From: an uncultured Oscillospiraceae bacterium
Lineage (GTDB): Bacteria > Bacillota > Clostridia > Oscillospirales > Oscillospiraceae
Assembly: GCA_947623875.1 (NCBI GenBank)
Contig: CANQII010000001.1
Location: 31,925 to 95,924, forward strand
Direction: 5' to 3'
Length of the DNA stretch: 64,000 nucleotides
Under the pieces are notes generated by a model. The model was not told the DNA's origin. It made no database searches and was given only the letters and a program-made list of their open reading frames with translations. How positions within the stretch are numbered: the stretch's first letter is position 1; the number at the start of each line of letters is the position of its first letter. Shown here piece by piece: positions 48,495 through 56,296 of this stretch. The position numbers and the translations under genes were made by a program.

Positions 48495-50345
48495 TCATCT
48501 GCTCTTTTCCAGGTCGTTCCAGCAGCGGGATCGCTCCAGAATGCCGTATGCGGAACTGTCCTGGGTGAGGAGAACGGAGTCCTCCGGCTGCAGGTCTCCC
48601 AACAGGACAGAGAAGCTGTCCAGTACCACCAGGAGGGCCAGCGCATCGTCTTTGGTCCAGTCCCGATTTCCGTGGTACTGGTTCCAGTCCTGGACATAGC
48701 GGTCCAGCATTTCCGCGAGAGAAACGCTTTCCGCATCGGGTACGGTCGAAAAATAGGCAAAGGCAATGTTGGAGAGGGTCATGTTGTAGCTGTAGTAGAT
48801 CAGCTCCCGGGTCAAGCCGATGCCGTTCCAGTAGGGCACAAAGGGCAGCGGCTGGATGAGCGCTTCGGCATGCTGCAGTGCGTACGTCTTCAGGGCGGGC
48901 AGATCATATGCCCGGAGCCAGCAGCACACCATGTCATCCCGGACGAAAGGGGATACCTTGATCATAAAGTCCTTTTTGGCGTTCTGGAGGAGGTACCGGG
49001 CGAGCCCCAGAAAAGGTTCACGCACGGCCTCCCCGGCGAAGGAGAGGTATGTCTTGACATACGGGCCCTCGTTGTGCCGGGCTTCATTGTCCTGGCCCAC
49101 CGGAACAAACGAGTACTGGAGCCAATGGTAGCTGTGATTGGGCCACGAATCCCAGCCCAAAGCCGCAGCTGGAGCAAGAAGCGCATCCTGCAGCGGATCC
49201 GGCTCATAATCGAAGCAGGAATACGGCGGGAGGTCTGTGCGGCGCTCTGTATCCAGATTCTGCATGGCCTCATACAGCGCCTCGCTGCTCACACAGCGGA
49301 GCCGGTACAGCTTCTGCAGAAGCGTGTTGCGCTCCCGATACTGGGGCGTGTCGGTGGGGACAGAGAAGCTGCGGGCGCCGATGTTGGGAGAGACCCTGGG
49401 AAAGTCCGCTGGAGGCGGCAGCAGGTACCGTTGGCGCTCCTTTTCTGCAGCGATGGCGGCCTCCCGGGCGCGGCGGGCGTTCTCCTCGTCCACCCGGCGC
49501 TTCAACTCTGCGTAGAAGGCGTCCCAGCTGCCAAAGGGCGCCGGCGGCTGGGGCTCCGGTTCCAGAGGGTCCGGGATGGCATACCGGTGCTCTGGCGGTA
49601 CTGCGTGGGGCGCCGGGGGCAGGTTGCAGCGGTCGTCAAAGGCCCTGGACCAGAGGTCAAAGTTCCAGGTGGTATACCGGAGACTGCCGGAGGGCTTGCG
49701 CTCCGGCAGGGCGTTCGCCATCACCAGGGTGTCGCAGCAATCGTGCAGTGTGATGGGAAACAGCGCCTCCAGAAACTGTCTCCATGGCTTTTCCATAGAC
49801 CAGTCCATGTGCTCTGCGGGCTCTTCCAGCAGAACGGCGTTGTCTATCAGGAGAAGCGTTTTGAGACCGGAACGCCTGGCGCTGCCTACGAGCTGCTGGA
49901 AGGAGATGGCCAGGGAGAGGGGGTCCAGTTGGCGGTAGTGGATGTCCACGGCGGCCTCTGCAAGGGGCAGGCAGAAGTCCGGATAGAAGAGGTCCGTGTT
50001 GCGGCGGTAGAGGTCTTCCGCCTTGGGATAGAGGTAGGGTCCTATGTCCTCTCTTGCGGTACAGCGGAAGTCTGAGAAGTCCAGAGAAAAGACCCGGTAC
50101 TGCCCCAGAAAGTCCTCAAAATGGGGGTCCTGCGCCATGGCCAGGTCTGCAAAAAGCGCGGGGTCCGCCAAAGTGCTGTCCATGTAGTACCGCAGCAGGG
50201 AGAGCAGGGTGGAGCCCCCTTTGCCGGCGGTGTTGTTCAGCAGAAAGCCGGACCCCCGCATGCTCCGATCAGCCAGCAGGGACGGAAGGCCTTCGGTGTT
50301 GTCCCAGAAGTGGCCGCTGCGCTTCAGTGCCTGGAAGTCTGCCAT
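48495..50345 (-). CDS. Family C paralogue 1
   Basis: Same architecture; GGAGGAG RBS. Confidence 0.8.
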   Translation of the reverse strand: MADFQALKRSGHFWDNTEGLPSLLADRSMRGSGFLLNNTAGKGGSTLLSLLRYYMDSTLADPALFADLAMAQDPHFEDFLGQYRVFSLDFSDFRCTAREDIGPYLYPKAEDLYRRNTDLFYPDFCLPLAEAAVDIHYRQLDPLSLAISFQQLVGSARRSGLKTLLLIDNAVLLEEPAEHMDWSMEKPWRQFLEALFPITLHDCCDTLVMANALPERKPSGSLRYTTWNFDLWSRAFDDRCNLPPAPHAVPPEHRYAIPDPLEPEPQPPAPFGSWDAFYAELKRRVDEENARRAREAAIAAEKERQRYLLPPPADFPRVSPNIGARSFSVPTDTPQYRERNTLLQKLYRLRCVSSEALYEAMQNLDTERRTDLPPYSCFDYEPDPLQDALLAPAAALGWDSWPNHSYHWLQYSFVPVGQDNEARHNEGPYVKTYLSFAGEAVREPFLGLARYLLQNAKKDFMIKVSPFVRDDMVCCWLRAYDLPALKTYALQHAEALIQPLPFVPYWNGIGLTRELIYYSYNMTLSNIAFAYFSTVPDAESVSLAEMLDRYVQDWNQYHGNRDWTKDDALALLVVLDSFSVLLGDLQPEDSVLLTQDSSAYGILERSRCWNDLEKSR

Positions 50346-50383
50346 GTGCCGTCTCCTCCGTTCGTGGGTGTGTTTTTCAAGAA

Positions 50384-50412
50384 AGAATACACCATTCCAT
50401 CGGAAAAGTCAA
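50384..50412 (-). promoter_or_regulatory. SigA promoter of the family C operon
   Basis: TTGACT-17 bp-TATTCT on the minus strand. Confidence 0.6.
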
Positions 50413-50790
50413 GCAAAAATTTATATCCGGTGAAAAGATGCCATGCAAAGAACGGGTTAAGATGAACGAGATTGCAGATGTAATACAATGTTTGAAAAGC
50501 GTATGACATCGCAATTAAAATATATAACATTACAAGAAATGGGATGAGACAGACGGGGAGAGATGACTGCCTGGGGTGCTCCGGCGGGAGTCCAAGAAAG
50601 TTGGAAATGTTCTTCCAGGAAATTGGGGGAAGGCCGGCAACCTTTTCATGGGGAAATTCGTCTCATTGATACGGGGTATCCGTCAGCGCACGCGGCAGAG
50701 CGGCAGATGGCTCTACTGCACCGGGGAAAAACTTAATGTTACAGTACCATTACAATTTGCAGCTTTTCCCACAAGATAGCAATTTGTTGG

Positions 50791-50819
50791 TTGATTTTTT
50801 GGCCAAATGGGTTTATGAT
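50791..50819 (+). promoter_or_regulatory. SigA promoter of the SLH protein gene
   Basis: TTGATT-17 bp-TATGAT. Confidence 0.6.
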
Positions 50820-50881
50820 TCAATGCGCTAATCTCTGATATCTAACTAGCATATTACCGCAGGATATGAAGGAGGCTCCTC

Positions 50882-53800
50882 ATGTTGAAACGAATTCTCT
50901 CCATGTTGCTTGCCCTGGCACTGACGTGCGGACTGGGCATCGGCGCCTTGCCCCAAGAGGCCCATGCCCATGATCTGACCCACACGCACGCGGGCAGCGA
51001 AGTGTACAGCTCCGGTTCCGGCACCACCGTGGACTGCATTACTGCCGGCAGGCAGCATGATTACCTGGGCGAAGTCACCGTACAGCCCACCTGGACCCAG
51101 GCAGGCAGGGTCACCTTTACCTGCACGGTCTGCGGCGACACCTTTACCAGAGAACTGCCCCCAATGGGTACCGATGAAGACCGGAAGTGCCTGGTCTACA
51201 CCATGGAGGGCGTGGGCCCCCTGGATGCCTACGGCCACAGCTACGGACGGATTAAAAGAGGCACCTACTTTGCGAAACAGACCGGTGAGAACACCTGGGA
51301 GGAGAAGATCCGCAGCTACATCTGCCCGATCACCGGTTACACCCACAATGTGGCATGGCATGCGGCCAACCCCACCTGCACCCAGAGCGACTACTCCTAT
51401 TACTACTGCACCATCTGCGGTGAGAAGGAGCTGGAAGACTACAAGGCGGCGCCGGGCCACAGCTTCATCTCCCGTGTCACCGTACAGCCCACCAAGGACG
51501 CTCCCGGCCAGCGGACCTATTACTGCACCTCCTGCCGGTACAGCTACACCGAGGAGATTCCCCGCCTCAGCGGGGGCTATCTGGTGAACGTCCCGGAGGG
51601 CGGCCGCAGCACCACCCGGGTGGTGGGCGGCACATACTTTGCCGAGCAGACCGCAGACGGCAAGTACAACAGCAAGATCTCCACGTACATCTGCCCCAGC
51701 ACCAACAAACCCCACGAGGTGTATCTCCACGAGGCCAAGCCGGACTGCACCATGGGCGACTATGACTACTACTACTGCGCCAACTGCGAAGAGAAGGAGC
51801 TGCTGGGCGCCAAAGAGGCAAAGGGCCACAGCTATGTTGGCGAGATTCGGGTGGAGCCCACAGCCACAGAAGAGGGCCTCATCCACTTCACCTGCAGCGT
51901 TTGTTATGACGAGCAGACCAGAACCATGCCCGCCACCAAGACCGCGGCGGAGCGGGGCTGCACGATCTATGTCATGGACGGCATCGGCCCCTATGACGAG
52001 TACGGCAACAGCTACGGCCGGATCATCGGTGGCACCTACTCTGCTGAGCAGGAAGGGGAAGACCAGTGGAACGAGCGGATCTGGGATTATATCTGCCCGG
52101 TGACCCACACCAAGCACGCCGTGCTGTGGCACAAGGCGAATCCCACCTGCACCCAGAGCGACTACTCGTACTACTACTGCGAGGACTGCCACGAGATGGA
52201 GCTGCAGGGTCTGGTTGAGGCCACCGGCCACAAGTACACCTCCAAGGTTACAGTCCAGCCCACCGAGACCACCCCCGGCATCCTGACCTACACCTGCGAT
52301 GTCTGCGGCTACACCTATACCGAGACCATCCAGCCCACCAAGGGCGGCTGCCTCGTGAACGTGCCGGAGAGCGATGGGCCCTTTGACGAGTTTGGCCGGG
52401 CCTACACCCGGATTGACGGCGGTGTCTACTTCGCCAAAGAGTACCGGGAGGGCCAGTATGAATCCTTGATCGATACCTATAAGTGCTCGGTCAGCAGCGA
52501 CGGCAAGCACGAGATCGTCAAGCACGAAGCCATCCCCACCTGCATCTACAGCGACTACGACTACTACACCTGCACCCGCTGCCATGAGACAGAGCTGCTG
52601 GGCTTCCATGAGGCCCTGGGCCACAACTATGTGGGCGTGATCAAGGTGCACCCCACGGAGAGCAGCACCGGCAACGTGTCCCTCACCTGCGAGCGCTGCG
52701 GGGACACCACCGTGAAGACCCTGCCCGCCATCGGCACTGCCGAGTCCCGCAAGTGCAAGGTCTATGCCCCTGAGGGCTACGGCCCCTTCGATGACTACGG
52801 CCGCAGCTACGGCCGGATCATCGGCGGCACCTACTATGCCCAGCAGACCGGCGAGGACGACTACGAGATCATGATCCGCGAGTATCCCTGCCCGGTGACC
52901 GGCAAGACCCACCGGCTGATCCATCACGATGCAGATCCCACCTGCGCCCTGGCGGACTACGACTACTACACCTGCGCCGACTGCGGCGAGACCGAACTGC
53001 AGGCCTATGCCGCTCCCATCGGCCACACGTACACCTACACCGTGACCAAGGAGCCTACCGAGACCACGGCCGGCGAGCGCACTGGCACCTGCAGCGTCTG
53101 CGGCGACACCATAACCGAGGAGATCCCGCCGGTGGCCAACGGCTGCATGGTGGATGTTCCCGTAGGGGAGGGGCCCTTCGATGCGTACAACCGCAGCTAC
53201 GGCCAGGTCCCCGGCGGCGTCTACTTCGCCGAGCAGACCGGTGAGAACACCTTCAACAAGCGGATTGACACCTACGAATGCCCCAACAACAACGGAGGCA
53301 AGCACGTTCTGGCCACCCACAACGCAGAGCCCAGCTGCACCCTCTCGGACTACGACTACCAGTACTGCACCCTCTGCGGGGAGAAAGAGCTCTACGCCCT
53401 TCACGAGGCCCTGGGCCACGACAACAAGGCCGTGCTCACCACCGCCCCCACCGCCACCGTCCCCGGCGTGATCACCTTCACCTGCACCCGCTGCGGCGTC
53501 AAGTCCACCCAGTCCATCTCCCCCATGAAGACCGAGGCGGAGCGGGGCTGCAAGGTCTATGTGCCCGAGGGCTACGGCCCCACGGATGCCCTGGGCCACA
53601 GCTACGGCCGGGTAGAGCGGGGCACCTACTACGCCCAGACCAACGAAAAGGGCGAGCTGGTGCCCATGATCAGCACCTACGACTGCCCGGTGAGCGGCGG
53701 CAAGCACAACCTGGTCCAGCACAAGGCGGATCCCAGCTGCACCCTCTCGGACTACAACTACGCATACTGCACCCACTGCGGCGAGACTGAGCTCTATGAG

Positions 53801-55813
53801 CTGGTGCCCGCCCTGGGCCACACCGGCACCAGCGTGATCCTGGAACCGGCCACCGCAGGCAAAGAGGGACGGCTCCAGGTCACCTGTACCCGCTGCAACT
53901 ATACGGGCATCGAGACCATCCCGGCCCTGGACCTGCCCACCGAGAGCGCAGTCCACAGGGACAGCACCGCCACTCCGCTGGACTCCCGCAACGTCTCCGC
54001 CCAGGACTATGAGTCCCAGGGACAGGCGCCCCACTCCTACCTCTATCAGCGGGTAGACGGCAACCTCTGCCGAGTGGAGTTTGCCGATGGCTCCATCCAG
54101 GTGGAAGTGTACACCCCGGACTATCAGCTGCTGAGCACCTCCAAGGTGGCCATGGAACTGCCCCTCTTCTGCGGATTCTACGCCGGCCAGACCTACAACT
54201 TCGTGGTCTACGGCCAGGAGAACCAGACGGAGACCGACACCACTGAGGTCTACCGGGTGGTGAAGTACTCCAAGGATTGGACCAAACTGGCCGCTGCCAG
54301 CCTGATGGGCGAGTACACCTCCGTCCCCGGCGGCGTCCGCATGACGGAGTACAACGGCTACCTCTATGTCCGGGGCAGCCACACCGGGTACACCGGCGCC
54401 AACGGCATCCGCTCCAGCGCCAATGTGACCTTCATCATCCAGGAGTCCACCATGGCCACTGTGGACAAGTTCACCGGCATCACCAACTCCCAGGCCGGCT
54501 CCTTTGAGGACTCCATGGCCCAGTATCTGGGGGTAGACAGCCAGGGATATCTGGTGACGGCAGACCAGGTGGCCAGCCTGAACCGGGGCGTTCTCCTGAC
54601 CCGCTTCCTGCCCCAGGCCGGCGGCAACAAGCTCTATCCCGAGGACCGCAGCGCCTGCGTGAACACGGTGAACATGCTCACTCTGGCGGGCAGCTCCGGT
54701 GACGACTACACCGGCGCCTCTCTGGGCGGCCTGGCTCTCACAAGCACCACCTATTTCGCCGTGGTGAGCACCAACAGCCAGAATACCAGCGGCGCCACCA
54801 CTGAGGCCCGGAACATCATGGTCCTCTCTGTGAACCGGGAGGACGCTGAAAAGGACACTGCCGTTGCAAAGCGTATCTACATCACCAACTACACCACCAG
54901 CAGCCTGCAGTCCGCCTCCACACCGCAGCTGGTGAAGTTCTCCGACGACCTCTACCTGGTGATCTGGGAGATCAAGAACGCCAGCGGCGGCAGCCGTACC
55001 TACGGCGTTGGCACCGGCTCCGGCACCCTGGGCTACGTCTTCCTGGACGGCCACGGCACCATGAAGGGCACCGTCCGCACCGCCGCAGGCTACCTCTCCG
55101 ATTGCCAGCCCATCGTGGTAAACGGCAAGGCCGTGTGGTATGCCACCGGCGTCACCAGCAAGGACAAGGGCGACCCCGTGTTCTACACCCTGGACCAGAA
55201 CGGCACGCTCAACGCCGCCTCCTGGCACCGCGCAGCCCCGTACTTCTCCGATGTGGCAGAGGGCGATTGGTCCTTTGAGCACGTCCAGCGGGCCCACGAA
55301 GAGGGCGCGGTGAACGGCACATACGGCGCCAACGGCACCATGGTGTATCTGCCGAAGAATAACGTCACAGTGGCGGAGTTCTCCTCTGTGCTGGTGGGTG
55401 CGTTCTACCCGGACGAGGACATCTCCACTGTCCCGGACCCCTGGTATCAGCACAAGATCGAAGTGATGCAGCAGCACGGCATCTATGCCGGCATGGACAA
55501 CCTGCAGCCCACCAGCAACCTGAACCGGTACAACATGGCGGTGATGCTGTATAACTGCCTGGTGGACCACAACGTTACGATCCCCAGCGATGCGGAGCTG
55601 GCAAATACCGCAGAAACGATCCGGGACTGGAAGAACATCCCTGAGCGGTTCCAGAAAGCCGTTGCGGTGTGCTTCGCTCTGAAGGTCCTGGTGGGTACGG
55701 GGACGGGAGACTTCGCCGGCACCATGAACATGAACAGAGCCCAGATGGCCACCGTGTACTGCAAACTCTCCGATGTCATGAAGACTCCGGCTCCTGCCAC
55801 CCCGGCGGCCTGA
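50882..55813 (+). CDS. Secreted SLH-anchored protein with seven Cys/His-rich repeats (1643 aa)
   Basis: AAGGAGG RBS; signal peptide; repeated PTC...CxxC...GH...CxxC units; C-terminal SLH motifs FSDV..GDW, P.NNVTVAEF, LNRYNMAVML, MNRAQMAT. Confidence 0.85.
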   Translation: MLKRILSMLLALALTCGLGIGALPQEAHAHDLTHTHAGSEVYSSGSGTTVDCITAGRQHDYLGEVTVQPTWTQAGRVTFTCTVCGDTFTRELPPMGTDEDRKCLVYTMEGVGPLDAYGHSYGRIKRGTYFAKQTGENTWEEKIRSYICPITGYTHNVAWHAANPTCTQSDYSYYYCTICGEKELEDYKAAPGHSFISRVTVQPTKDAPGQRTYYCTSCRYSYTEEIPRLSGGYLVNVPEGGRSTTRVVGGTYFAEQTADGKYNSKISTYICPSTNKPHEVYLHEAKPDCTMGDYDYYYCANCEEKELLGAKEAKGHSYVGEIRVEPTATEEGLIHFTCSVCYDEQTRTMPATKTAAERGCTIYVMDGIGPYDEYGNSYGRIIGGTYSAEQEGEDQWNERIWDYICPVTHTKHAVLWHKANPTCTQSDYSYYYCEDCHEMELQGLVEATGHKYTSKVTVQPTETTPGILTYTCDVCGYTYTETIQPTKGGCLVNVPESDGPFDEFGRAYTRIDGGVYFAKEYREGQYESLIDTYKCSVSSDGKHEIVKHEAIPTCIYSDYDYYTCTRCHETELLGFHEALGHNYVGVIKVHPTESSTGNVSLTCERCGDTTVKTLPAIGTAESRKCKVYAPEGYGPFDDYGRSYGRIIGGTYYAQQTGEDDYEIMIREYPCPVTGKTHRLIHHDADPTCALADYDYYTCADCGETELQAYAAPIGHTYTYTVTKEPTETTAGERTGTCSVCGDTITEEIPPVANGCMVDVPVGEGPFDAYNRSYGQVPGGVYFAEQTGENTFNKRIDTYECPNNNGGKHVLATHNAEPSCTLSDYDYQYCTLCGEKELYALHEALGHDNKAVLTTAPTATVPGVITFTCTRCGVKSTQSISPMKTEAERGCKVYVPEGYGPTDALGHSYGRVERGTYYAQTNEKGELVPMISTYDCPVSGGKHNLVQHKADPSCTLSDYNYAYCTHCGETELYELVPALGHTGTSVILEPATAGKEGRLQVTCTRCNYTGIETIPALDLPTESAVHRDSTATPLDSRNVSAQDYESQGQAPHSYLYQRVDGNLCRVEFADGSIQVEVYTPDYQLLSTSKVAMELPLFCGFYAGQTYNFVVYGQENQTETDTTEVYRVVKYSKDWTKLAAASLMGEYTSVPGGVRMTEYNGYLYVRGSHTGYTGANGIRSSANVTFIIQESTMATVDKFTGITNSQAGSFEDSMAQYLGVDSQGYLVTADQVASLNRGVLLTRFLPQAGGNKLYPEDRSACVNTVNMLTLAGSSGDDYTGASLGGLALTSTTYFAVVSTNSQNTSGATTEARNIMVLSVNREDAEKDTAVAKRIYITNYTTSSLQSASTPQLVKFSDDLYLVIWEIKNASGGSRTYGVGTGSGTLGYVFLDGHGTMKGTVRTAAGYLSDCQPIVVNGKAVWYATGVTSKDKGDPVFYTLDQNGTLNAASWHRAAPYFSDVAEGDWSFEHVQRAHEEGAVNGTYGANGTMVYLPKNNVTVAEFSSVLVGAFYPDEDISTVPDPWYQHKIEVMQQHGIYAGMDNLQPTSNLNRYNMAVMLYNCLVDHNVTIPSDAELANTAETIRDWKNIPERFQKAVAVCFALKVLVGTGTGDFAGTMNMNRAQMATVYCKLSDVMKTPAPATPAA

Positions 55814-55830
55814 GCCATCCCGAAAATCCA

Positions 55831-55878
55831 TCTGTCCCGCCCAGCAGCATCGGCTGCCGGGCGGGACAGATTTTTTTC
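55831..55878 (+). terminator. Intrinsic terminator
   Basis: tctgtcccgcccagcagc...gctgccgggcgggacaga-ttttttt. Confidence 0.8.
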
Positions 55879-55898
55879 TGTTTGGCCGAAATTTCCCC

Positions 55899-55961
55899 TT
55901 GACAGCCTCCCGCCCAAGGTGTATCATGCGGCCATTGGAACACTCCCCCCCAGGGGGGTAT
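55899..55961 (+). promoter_or_regulatory. csoR-copA promoter and CsoR operator
   Basis: TTGACA-17 bp-TATCAT; C/G-tract pseudo-palindrome actcccccccaggggggtat at 55942-55961. Confidence 0.8.
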
Positions 55962-55979
55962 CTGAAAGGAGCGAGCAAT

Positions 55980-56240
55980 ATGGTGGCAGATCAGAAAACC
56001 GTGCTGCGGCTTCTCAAGACCGCCAGGGGACAGATCGACGGCATCATCCGCATGGTGGAAGAAGACCGATACTGCATGGACATCTCCCAGCAGGTCACCG
56101 CCACAGACGCGCTGCTGCGCCGGGCCAACCGGGAGATCCTCACCGCCCATCTGAAGCACTGTGTGGAGCACGCCTCCAGCGACACGGAGCGGGCGCAGAA
56201 AATCGATGAATTGGTGGCGGCTCTGGGTAAGATCCTATAG
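55980..56240 (+). CDS. csoR: Copper-sensing repressor CsoR
   Basis: GQIDGIIRMVEEDRYCMDI..Q...HLKHCV; AAGGAG RBS. Confidence 0.92.
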   Translation: MVADQKTVLRLLKTARGQIDGIIRMVEEDRYCMDISQQVTATDALLRRANREILTAHLKHCVEHASSDTERAQKIDELVAALGKIL

Positions 56241-56296
56241 CGAACATGATCCGCGGCGCCGGGGATCTCCGGTGCCAGAAAGGCTGGTGTTTGAAC

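Noticed and set aside
52177-52590. CxxCH motifs (CEDCH, CTRCH) suggesting a multiheme cytochrome
   Set aside because: Only two of the many CxxC motifs are followed by His; equivalent positions in other repeats have G or E.
50846-55978. 1710-aa ORF on the minus strand
   Set aside because: Antisense shadow of the SLH gene caused by high-GC3 codon bias; no motifs or RBS.
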